The notes beneath the pieces were generated by a model. That model had not been told where the DNA came from and made no database searches. It worked only from the letters and a program-made list of their open reading frames with translations. Of a DNA stretch of 64,000 bases, positions 24,903 through 35,979 are shown in pieces (the stretch's first letter is position 1; the number at the start of each line of letters is the position of its first letter). Made by a program: the position numbers and the translations under genes. Source of the DNA: Azolla caroliniana (lineage: Eukaryota > Plantae > Polypodiophyta); assembly GCA_043228905.1 (NCBI GenBank), contig JBHGNT010000011.1:7998001-8062000 (forward strand), in the 5' to 3' direction.

Positions 24903-27900
24903 GTAAATGGCATTTGCAAAGTTCAATTACCATCAACACAATTATAAATGGTTTTCTTCTAATAAATGAAGCACATATTTACCATAAGGTATCGTGTTGT
25001 GCAACATACATCTTTAAAAAACCTCTTTTATTTGAAAAACAACAAGAGTTTTAAACATGAACAAGATATGTTGTATTGAATTGACGTAAAAAAAAAGATT
25101 TTTCATCATAACTCTATACAATATATTGAATTCATGTTCAAAGTTTTTTTACCGGATTTAAAAAATATTAATAATAAAAAATTAAGGTTGAGTTCATAGA
25201 AAAACCAGATTTTTCATCACAATTCAATACAATGTATCGAGTTCATGTTTAAAGTAATTTTTTCTAATTTTTAAAAAAACATTTTCAATTTGTTTCAAAT
25301 TTTATAATTTTTTTTCAATTTTTTTTTGTTTTTTTCAATTTCTTTTATTTTTTTTTATTTTTTATGGAAAAAATAATAATTTTAAACATAAACTCGATAC
25401 ATTGTATCAACTTGTGATAAAAACTCTGGTTTTTTCATCACTTATTAAAGCTCAAAAACAAAATTCTAAGACAGAGACGAAATTAGTACTAAGAGAGAAA
25501 TATTAGTACTAAGAAGAATTTAAGGTGTAGAACACTTGAGAAAAGAAGAGAGAGAGAGAGAGTGAGAGAGAGAGAGAGGGACTGAGAGGGAATGATGATG
25601 ACATGAGTTAATCTACGGCGTATCGAGTTCATGTTGAAAAGCTAACTTTTGTACATGAACTCGATACGCCTTTTCAACATGAACTCGATCGAGTTCATGT
25701 TGAAAAGCTAACTTTTTTACATGAACTCGATACGCCGTATCGAGTTCATGTAAAAAGTTTTATTTCGGATTTAAAAAAATAAAAAAATACATGTTTTCCT
25801 ATTTTATTTTGGTATTTCGTTTTTTTTTCTAAAAAACTTTGAGCTTTAATAAGTGATGAAAATAATATTTTGTGTATTACAATGTATGGTCTAATGGTCA
25901 AGAGTTTGACCCATGTAGCATAAGGTCATGGGTTTGAGTCCTACCATACCATGACAATTAAGCTAACTTTAAACATGAACTCGATACGCCGTATCGAGTT
26001 CATGTTGAAAAGCTAACTTTTTTACATGAACTCAATACGGCGTATCGAGTTCGTGTTTAAAGTTTTATTTCGGATTTTTTTATAAAAATAATTACATTTT
26101 TTCCTATTTTATTTTGGTATTTTATTTCTTTTTCTAAAAAACTTTCAGCTTTAATAAGTGATGAAAATAACATTTCATGTATAGCAATGTATGGTCTAAT
26201 GGTCAAGAGCTTGACCCATGTAGCATAAGGTCATGGGTTCGAGTTCTACCATACCATGACCTCTTTTACATGAACTCGATATGGCGTATCGAGCCCATGT
26301 TTAAAGTTTTATTTTGGATTTTTTTTTCAAAATAATTATATTTTTTCCTATTTTATTTTGGTATTTTGTTTTCTTTTCTAAAGAACTTTCAGCTTTAATA
26401 AGTGATGAAAATAATATTTTATGTATAGCAATGTATGGTCTAATGGTCAAGAGGTAGACCCATGTAGCATAAGGTCATGTGTTCGAGTCCTACCATACCA
26501 TGACATGAACTAACCTAACTCTTTTACATGAACTCGATACGCCTTTTTAACATGAACTCGATACGCCGTATCAAGTTCATGTTTAATGTTTTATTTCGGA
26601 TTTTTTTTAAAAATAATTACATTTTTTCCTATTTTATTTTGGTATTTTGTTTTTTTTTCTAGAAAAGTTTTAGCTTTAATAAGTGATGAAAATAATATTT
26701 TATGTATAGCAATGTATGGTCTAATGGTCAAGAGTTGACCCATGTAGCATAAGGTCATGGGTTCGAGTCCTACCATACCATGACGTGAACTAACCTAACT
26801 TTTTTACATGAACTCGATACGCCTTTTCAACATGAACTCGATACGCCATATCGAGTTCATGTTGAAAAGCTAACTTTTTTATATGAACTCGATACGCTGT
26901 ATCGAGTTCGTGTTTAAAGTTTTATTTCGGATTTTTTTTTAAAAATAATTACATTTTTTCCTATTTTATTTTGGTATTTTGTTTTTTTTTCTAAAAAACT
27001 TTCAGCTTTAATAAGTGATGAAAATAATATTATATGTATAGCAATGTATGGTCTAATGGTCAAGAGCTTGACCCATGTAGCGTAAGGTCATGGGTTCAAG
27101 TCCTACCATACCATGACATGAACTAACCTAACTTTTTTACATGAACTTGATACTATCGAGTTCATGTTGAAAAGCTAACTTTTTTACATGAACTCGATAC
27201 GCCGTATCGAGTTCGTGTTTAAAGTTTTATTTCGGATTTTTTTAAAAAAATAATCACATTTTTTCCTATTTTATTATGGTGTTTTGTTTTTTTTCTAAAA
27301 AGAAATTAAGCTTTAATAAGTGATAAAAATAATATTTTATGTATTACAATGTATGGTCTAATGGTCAAAATCTTGACCCATGTAAAATAAGGTCATGTGT
27401 TCGAGCCCTACCATATCATGACATGAAAAGTTTAATTTTGGATTTTTTTTTAAAAATAATTACATTTTTTTCTATTTTATTTTGGTATTTTGTTTTTTTT
27501 TTCTAAAACAAAATTGAGCTTTAATAAGTGATGAAAAAACCAGAGCTTTTATCACAAGTCGATACAATGTATCAAATTGATGTTTAAAAAATAAAACAAA
27601 ATCAATAAAAAATTATAAAAAATTGAAACAAAATTGAAAACAATTAGAAAAAATTAGTTTAAGCATGAGCTCAATACATTATATCGAATTGTGATGAAAA
27701 TTATGGTTTTCTAGATGAACTCAAGCACAAATTATTATTATGATTATTTTTTAAATCTAGTAAAAAAAACTTTGAGCAAGAATTCAATACATTGTATGGA
27801 ATTATGATGAAAACTCTATTTTTTACATCAACTCGATATAACATATTGACTTAATGTTTAAAATCTTGTTGTTTTTCAAATAAAAGAGGTTTTTTAAACA

Positions 27901-28075
27901 TGAACTTGAATCGTACTAAAATGTGTGTTTTAACAAGAGAAAAAGATGCATATCGATAGTGCAAACAAGTATGTCGTACAACAAGATACTTTTTGGTGAA
28001 CATGTGCATCATTGATTAACAAAAAACTATTAATAATTGTGTTGATGGTAATTGAACCTTGCAAATGCCATTTAC
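24903..28075. repeat. Long internal inverted repeat, ~550-bp arms (24903-~25455 and ~27515-28075)
   Basis: Reverse-complement correspondence along the arms, e.g. GTAAATGGCATTTGCAA / TTGCAAATGCCATTTAC and TCATCACTTATTAAAGCTC / GAGCTTTAATAAGTGATGA. Confidence 0.9.
25610..27530 (+). repeat. Tandem array of six 245-335-bp units: palindrome + T-rich block + captured tRNA-like LTR end
   Basis: LTR-derived block ends (CATGAC) at ~25956, 26260, 26505, 26784, 27118 and 27423; CATGAACTCGATACG-C-CGTATCGAGTTCATG palindromes lie between them. Confidence 0.92.
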
Positions 28076-28129
28076 ATGGTCCATAAAGTGTTCGCGTGGT
28101 TCTTAATCACTACTTAATGTTAATCTTTA

Positions 28130-28600
28130 TAGTTGGAACGAAGGATGACAACACAAGTATAACTCAGATGACAAGGAAACTTGCAAGAACTCAAGATGGG
28201 GATATTAATAGCTACACTTGTAGATGGTCATGACCTAGGGTACCAATTCTGCATTGGTAAAGTTTTGGACGTGATGATGTATTAAACGTTTGTAATACAT
28301 CTATCATTGACATTAATGAGGTGGATATCATTATGTATGACTTTACACAAACAAAAGTTGGATGTATAAGGACAACAACGATATGCATAATAAAAGAGAT
28401 ATTAGCAAGTCTAGAAGATATCTCAGATTGAAGGCGAAGAAGATTTATTGCACAAAATTTGGAGATACCATTTGGTGAAGACAATGATTTGATTGGTACA
28501 TTGGAAGATGAGGAGGAAGAGTCACAATTGTATATTATCTATAGTAGTGATTCTCATGAAAAGAATGATGATAGTCATGCAAATAACTCCCAAATGTATT
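28130..28600 (+). pseudogene. Possible degenerate coding remnant inside the TIR element (acidic C-terminus)
   Basis: Readable by eye as ELKMGILIATLVDGHDLGYQFCIGKVLDVMM...LEDEEEES with stops; family not recognised. Confidence 0.3.
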
Positions 28601-31600
28601 TGTCGTGCAACTATATGTAACAAATTTAGACAACATTTTATCGAATGGAATAAAAATGTTCATTGTTTTGAAATATTCTACTTTGATTTCTTTAAGATCT
28701 AAAAACTTATTAGTTGTCATTTTTCTTTAAAAATCCACAAAGTTACTTTTCATATTTTACCCAAATTTGGCATTTTTCAATTTTACCAAATGGTGAAATT
28801 TTCAACTTTTTCATCAAGTTTTGGAGAACATGTGATACTAGTATCAAGATGTTTTGTGAAATGGCATAAAAAACCCCAAAATCAAACAGAATATTCCTTA
28901 TCCTTCCACTTGTGCGCGATCCTTCCACTTGTGAACGCAAACGTGTTCTAACTATTACTTGGGCTATGAACACATCACTAACTTGCTTAGAGGGAATGGA
29001 ACCACTAATGGGTTGCACAGATCTAGGGCTGTCCAACCAAACGGCTCCTATTTTGGTTGGACTTAGTTGTTTAACTCTTCTTCTAACTGACTAAGGACAT
29101 CAAATCTGTTCGTTAGATTTGGGCTATTAGTACTATTAGGACTATCACATATCCCTACTGAAATAGGCTCGGGTTTAGTACAATTAGAACTAGCGACTAT
29201 TTGGTTTACCTGTCTTCTTGGCCTATGGGGGCAATTTATTGCAATATGTCCTGGTCCACCGCAGCAAAGACATAGTTGATTTGTACGGCATCGCTGCTTT
29301 TCTTCTTCGGATAATGGCCCTCGACGACATGTAGTGTCAATCTCCATCAGAGTCGGAGTATTCGCTGGAGGCGCATTATATGACTCCCTTGGAAAAGGTC
29401 TTGCTACCACTGAGGCGTAGGTGGGCTCTGATCTTGCCCTCGGCATCTGTAGCTGTCGTTCCGAACGTCGCTCAAAGAGGCGGTTGTCACATCTCACCGC
29501 GTGACTGATTGCTTCTGTTAAGGACTTTGGCTCTTCGGGGAAGGTCAAGAGTAAATCCTTGACATCGTTGCGTAAACCATAACGGAATTGCTCCATCAAC
29601 GCTTGATCATCCCAAGGGATATCGGCGGCTAGTAGGCGAAAACCTTGGCCTAATCGCCGAATTTTGTTGATTGCGGTCCTGATGTTGTTAGTATCTCCGA
29701 AACATGCTTTAAACTCACCTAGAAACTCTTCAAAATTGTTGAGTAACAGAGATTCCTTTTCTAATAGTGGAGCGAACCATGCCAACGATGAGCCACTTAA
29801 CAAAGTGCCTACTAAACCCATTTGTGATGCATCGGTGGGATATCGGGAAGGATGCATTTGAATAACTAATCGTACCTGGTTAAGGAACCCTCTAAACTGC
29901 GATCACGTTCCATTGAACTTCGTGGGAAGGCCAATCTTGGGTTCTTTATGAATCCCTTGTGTTCCGGGCCCTTGTTGTTGCATCGCTACGATGGTTGCCT
30001 CGAGTTGTTGCACGCGTAACGCAAGTTCCCCATGTTGTTGTTGCGTTTGCTGCTTTTCTAAGGAGATTTGTTGAAGATCCCCCAGCAACCGTTGGTTTTC
30101 TTGTTCCAAAGCATGGAACTTCTCTTTCAAGCATTGAAATTCCGAGAAAACAAATTGATATTCTTCAGCGCTAGTAGTGGCCATGGGATGAAAGAAAAGA
30201 GGAATAAGAGATTAGTAGGAAATGAGAGAGACAGAAGGTAGGAAAATCGGTTCAAACTGTCAGGAACAGTACTAAGACAGAGAAGGAATTAGTACTAAAA
30301 GAAGTGTTAGTACTAAGAGAGGTGAAGAACTCTCGAGAGAAGGAAAGAGTGAGTGAGAGGGAGGGAGAGAGAGATCGAGAGAGAGAGAGAGTGATGATAA
30401 GAAAAGATATATATTATGTGAAGGAAATGTACAGTAGCTAGGAGGCTTAAGACCGGCGTTGAACCGATTTGGTTCGAGATAATGCCTTGTGCCTCCTTTT
30501 ATAGTGTTCTAAGGAATACTCCTGAAGTTTCTAGAATGTTCCAGAGAAATCTGGAATATACATCAATTTTCTATAATAAAACATAAATGAAAATAATATT
30601 CTATGTATTACAATGTATAGTCTAATGGTCAAGATCTTGACCCATGTAGCATAAGGTCATGGGTTCGAGTCTTGCCATATCATGACACTGGGAGGTCACC
30701 GGGTAGGACGATCCGGTCGAGGAAAAGACCAGCTTCCACGCGTGCCAAAACTACGAGGTTCTAGTAGAGGACAAGCATGCGGGAAAAAGCCAGAGGGACC
30801 AGACCCTTGCAGTGGTACGAGACCCGGTTTAGGTCGAAGGAGAATGACGCTGATACCACCGGCACACTAGACAAGACAAAGAAGGCCGGTTATTGGCTGA
30901 GCACCGAGATAGAAGGGACGACGGATTTGCCAAGAAGAAAGGAACGAATTCTCGATAGCAAGGTGGAGCTATCATTAAGGGAAGTGCTCAGGATCGCCAA
31001 GAAGGAGTTCCACGACGGAGCCGGAGAAGCCGATGGACAGAGTTGCCTCTACTTCGTGGACAACCCGTGTGCTTCTGACAGAGGCTCCACAATGCAGTCG
31101 GGGCTGTGTGCGTGCGTGAGCATCGTATGTGTGCGTATTCTCGCTTGAGTCGGGTCCGTTGCCGGCTTTCTGGTTATAATCGTTATTGATTTGTAATTAA
31201 GACTTTGTTCTCTGCGTGTTTCTCCCTCTGTGTTTCTACAAGCTCCTCTCTCTCTCTTCTTTCTCACGCTCCTTGGTTCAAGGGCCCCGCGGTCCCGCCT
31301 CTTTCTGCACGCGAAGAGCGTAACAACTTGACATATTTGGTGAACCCAACGTGAAACAAGTGGCAAAGGAGTGAAGGATGAGGGGATCCAAGCTTGCTGA
31401 AGCTATGGCCGTAGCCGTCGACCGGTTAGTGAGCACTCGCGAGGGAACGGGTGCCCTTGACAGGGCCATTGAGTCGATCGTCGGCACCATAGGTCGATTC
31501 GGTGGGAAGAATGCCACGAGCTACTTGGAGGCCTACCAGGCTGAAATGATCATGAGGCACATCTCGGTGGACAGGCGTCTGTCCTGATTCCCTCGGGTGG

Positions 31601-34600
31601 TGACGCCGAGCATCCATGCAGAGGTGCTCGAGGTGCTGGCCGGATGCCAGACTTGGGAGGAGTTCGAGTTGTGGCTCCTCGAGATGTATGGGTTCAATGA
31701 CTCGCTTCGGCTGTCGAAGTGAGACTTCATGGCGTGGGTTGAGAGCCCTGGGAAGGGGAGGAACACGTCGGCACTCCTCTGGGAGTTCGAGAAACGGTTC
31801 ACACGGTTGTCAATGCTGGACCGGACCATGCTTGACACAAGTTGGGTACTACTATTCGTCAAGTTGGTGGACACCATGGACCGGGATAAGGTCGGTCTCC
31901 TGTTGGAAACGGATGAAGGGCTCACGATAGATTGGGCCATGGTAAGGAGGGTCTGCGGCCGTTTCGACAAGCGGCGCGAGTGGAACGACGAGGGCTCGTC
32001 GGCGGCAAGACCGGTTCCTGCGAGGGAGCTCGAGGAGATGGTGTCGGTACTGGCTAGGAAGGAAGAAACTTGGAGTTGGCTTGAGATGGGCTCAGCCCCG
32101 AGCGGAGTGGTCAAATGTCCCTCCGGAGGCGCGGCTCTAGAAGAGCTGTCGCAGATGGTGCGAGATCTCCAAATCGCACAGGCCCGAAGGGATAGTGGCG
32201 AACAGTCTCATGACCGAAGGCTGCCGGCAGGGTAGTGGTGCATGTGGTGCAACGCGGTCGGCAACATCCGGAAAGAATGCGTGGATTTGGCCGAGGCACT
32301 CAGGACCAACGTGGTGTACCTCTAGAACGGGCGGGTGCACGCGAGCAAGACCCGGAAAGCCCTAGAGTTGAATACGGGGCGTGGCGGAATGAAGCGGTTG
32401 ATGGAAGAGGCCGTTAACTACTCGGCATCGACGGGAATCCGGGTCGGGGGCGGTGAGGCTTGGATAGCGAAGGACTCCGGATTCTGGCTGCTGGTGCTAG
32501 AGGGTCTCTCCGGAGTACGGCTGAAGAAGGAAGAGGCGGACCGTGCGGAACAACGGATTCGGGAGGTCACCGGATGGGACGACCCGATGGAAGAAAAGAC
32601 TGGCTTCGTGGTAGCCGCATGCCAGAACTATGAGGTTATGGTAGAAGACTAGCGCGTTGGAAAGGCCGGAGGGGGCGGCCCCTCGCATCGGTACGAGACT
32701 CGGTTTGGACCGAAGCCGAATGAGGCTGCCAATGCCGGTGCATCGGAGAAGAAGAAGCAGGCCGGTTTCCGGTTGAGCATCGAAATCAAACGAACAATGG
32801 ACCTGCGAAAGGTCCTCGAAGAGAGAATTCTCGACAACAAGGTCGAGCTGTCGCTACAGGAGGTGTTGGGAATCGCCAAGAAGGAGTTCCACAACTTCAT
32901 CGTGGACTTGGTGAAGCGGAAGAGGCTCTCGACGGAGCCGGAACCGGAGAGGCCGGTGGAAGTGCGGACGATGCACTTAGAAGACACGGCCCTAGAGGAT
33001 GAGTTGGCGGAAAGCCACTACACGAAGCCGCATTGGGCTAGGACCACTACGGAAACCCTTGTTCGGATCGACGATGTCCAGGAGCCAGTGGTGGCATTGG
33101 TAGACCACGGTTCGGAGATCAACCTGATGTCCATGGACTTCTATAAAAAGGTGAAATGGCCGATAAACAACAAGCACGGGTGGAAGATACGCGCGGTGAC
33201 ATGCGCTATAGAGGAGCTGCATGGTGCGTGCCCGAACGTGCGAGTGAAGATCGGCGATGTAGAGATAGATCAACATTTCTTCGTGCAGGAGACTTCCTCG
33301 CACCCGATAATTCTCGGCGAACCATACATTACGGCAACACGCATGGAGATGAAAGTACTGGACAACGGTTCATGACAGTGCGACCCAACCACGAGCGAAA
33401 CCACGAGACCCTCGGCGGCGACAACCGAGGGGATTTTTAGAGAGGCTTATCAAGGCGTGGGGCCGCGATAATCCAGAAACCTGGAAAAACCCCACATGTA
33501 CTATAGGCAAAAACACCTGTACCATAGGTAGAAACTTTTGGTTCTCCTATAGCGGTGGTTGTACGATAGCCGGCGTAGTTGGCCGGGAAAAGAAGTGGGT
33601 GGAGGAGGGACTTCGGGCATGCGGAGTCCTCGGCCCTGAAGAGGAAATCAACGGAGCGGTGGAGGCGGTCTCTTTCGACAACACCTTGGGGAAGTTATGA
33701 GAGGTGTTCGGAGAAGGCCTTAATGAGGACCAGACGATTCCGGTATGTTCGGAAAAGATGTACGAAGTCATCGCCGACTTCGGTAGTGGACTGGAGTCGG
33801 ATCGGACGGCCCGAGTGGATACGAAGTACAAGACTGTGGACCGGAAGGTGACGCCAGTCGCGGTAGTCTTGCCGGAGGGCAGCGAGTTACGGATAAAGGG
33901 GGTCGCGTTAGACCCAAGTTTACAAGGTCCGGCCAGCATAGGACACACGTTCACCAACATAACGCTACGGGAGCTCAAGATCGGTGGGGGTGGTTTTCTA
34001 TTGCCGGCGGAAGAGGACCGGTTTCGGAGAATCCTCAGGAGGCACGGGAAGGCTTTCGCATTCTCACCGGAGGAGATCGGGTGCGTAGACCCGAATGTTG
34101 TGGAACCAATGGTGATCTTCAGGGTACCCAGAGCTCACATCCCGAAGCTGATGGAGCTACTGAAACAAAAGGTGGAGATGGGCATCCTCGAACTGTCGAG
34201 TGCCCCATATTCGAATCGGTGGTTTACCATGCCGAAGAAGAACGGCACACTGCACTTCATACAGGACCTGCAGCCGGTCAACAAGGTGACCATTCGAAAC
34301 GCAGGTATCGGACTGACCATCGATGAGTTTGCGGAGGCCTTCGTAGGGAGGTTGATCTACTCGGTCGGGGACCTGTACTCAAGCTATGATCAGTTCCAGC
34401 TAGCCGTAGAGAGTAGGGATGTCACGACGATGCAGACTCCTCTCCACCTAGTTCGAATGTGTACCCTGCCACAAGGAGGAACGAACTCGGTGGCGCACAT
34501 GGTGAATGCGATGAACAAGGTGTTGAGTTACTGCATCCCGGAAATCACCATGCCGTTTCTTGACGACATCCCGATCAAAGGATGTCCGGTGGAGGACAAG

Positions 34601-35720
34601 GATGAGTCGGTCGGGCCCCACGGTTGCCGGAGGTTCGTGACAGATCACATCCACGACTGCGAGAAGGTGCTACAAAGACTCGAGAGCGTGCGGCTCACCT
34701 TCTCCGGAGAAAAATCAGCCTTCGGACAATCGAAGATGCTGGTAGTCGGACACCTGTGCTGGCCTTACAGTTGGAAGCCATCCCCGGCGAAGATAGAAGC
34801 CATCTCTGCGATGAAGGATGATTGCGGGTTGGTCACCGAGGTCCGAAGGATCCTTGGGGTGTGTGCATTCTATCACCTCTGGATTCCGCAGTACGCGCAT
34901 GTTGCGGAGCCGCTTTATGGGTTATTAAAGAAAGGGCGCCGGTTCGAATGGAGGACGGAGCACGCGGAGTCAGTCCGGAGACTGAAGGAGTCAGTCCGGC
35001 ACCGGCTCTCCAAAAAGCGGTTTATGGCAAGGAAGTCCCCATTTACGTGACGGTGGACACGAGGCCGACCTGGATCGGGTGGGTGGTTAGTCAGGAAGAC
35101 AAGGACGGCGTACGGTTCCTGATCCGGTTCGGGGCGAAGGTATTGAGCGAGCGGCAGCGAGGATACGCCCTAGTCAAGCGCGAGCTATGGGGTATCATTT
35201 CGGCCGTCAAGGCCAACAAGGACTATCTGATTGGGACAAAAGTGATTATCGAGACAGACTGCCTACCGATCCTGGGTATGGTCTTCAGATGCGCAACTCC
35301 GGACCTGGCGATGCTCAGGTGGATCGTGTACATCAAGTCCATGAACCCGGAGATACGGCACATCTCCGGGAAGGATAATGCCATGGCCGATATGCTTTCA
35401 AGGGCTCGGTTCAGCGACGAGGACGACATGTGTCATAACTAGACTCGAACCCATAACCTTTTGTTACACGGGTCGAGACTTTACCATTAGGTTATGAATT
35501 GTAATTTGAAGGATATTATTTTCATTTAGGTTTTATTGGGAAATTGATGTATATTCCAGATTTCTCTGGAACATTCTAGAAACTTCAGGAGTATTCCTGA
35601 AGACACTATAAAAGGAGGCGCAAGGCATTAGTTCGAACCAAATCGGTTCAACGCCAGTCTTAAGCCTTCTAACTACTGTTGTATATCTTCCGTCATATAA
35701 TACATATATCTTTCGCATCA

Positions 35721-35758
<38 letters not shown>

Positions 35759-35893
35759 ACTCATTCCTTCTCTCAAAGTTCGACACCTCTCATAGTACTA
35801 ATCCTTCTCTGTCTTAGTACTATTCCCCAACAATAGTACTAATCCTTCTTTTAGTACTAATTCCTTCTCTGCCTTAATAGAGTTCCTGACAGT

Positions 35894-35905
35894 TTGAACC
35901 GATTT
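35894..35905 (+). promoter_or_regulatory. Putative self-priming PBS (TTGAACCGATTT), complementary to LTR positions 35640-35651
   Basis: No TGG-starting tRNA PBS after the LTR; exact 12-nt complement of a sequence 33 nt after TATAAAA (35607); conserved in the 20389-30687 copy. Confidence 0.75.
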
Positions 35906-35979
35906 TGACTACTAGTCTCCCTCTTCCTTCTGTCTCCCTCCTTTCCTACTAGTCTCTTATTTCCCTTTTCCTTCATCCC

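Larger units (their letters stand above)
24283..28948. mobile_element. AT-rich non-autonomous TIR / foldback-like DNA element
   Basis: ~36-bp terminal inverted repeats (AAACACCTTTGCATTCACAAGTGGAAGGATTGCGCA ... TGCGCGATCCTTCCACTTGTGAACGCAAACGTGTTC) extending imperfectly inward; TA or TAA duplication; the paralog at ~37251-37280 shows the empty site. Confidence 0.85.
20389..30687 (-). mobile_element. Full-length but decayed chromodomain Ty3/gypsy element carrying a 4.67-kb insertion
   Basis: 430-bp LTRs 20389-20818 and 30258-30687; TSD CCGGG/CTGGG (one mismatch); PPT at ~20823-20834; gag 30184-29063 and pol to 20811 with several stops; chromodomain EYEVAAILDSK...TWEP. Confidence 0.95.
19250..31015 (+). 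mobile_element. Trp-family gypsy copy 2: decayed gag split by the chromovirus insertion (pieces 19250-20388 and 30688-31015)
   Basis: Translations match ORF1 of copy 1; reading resumes (EVTG.DDPVEEK) directly after 30692. Confidence 0.85.

Noticed and set aside
25880-27423. Cluster of functional tRNA genes
   Set aside because: A/B boxes and a T arm are present, but there is no proper acceptor or anticodon stem, and the sequence is collinear with the chromovirus LTR end.
25610-27530. CRISPR array (palindromic repeats alternating with TE-derived sequence)
   Set aside because: The intervening sequences are copies of one another rather than unique spacers, the period is ~300 bp, there are no cas genes and the context is eukaryotic.
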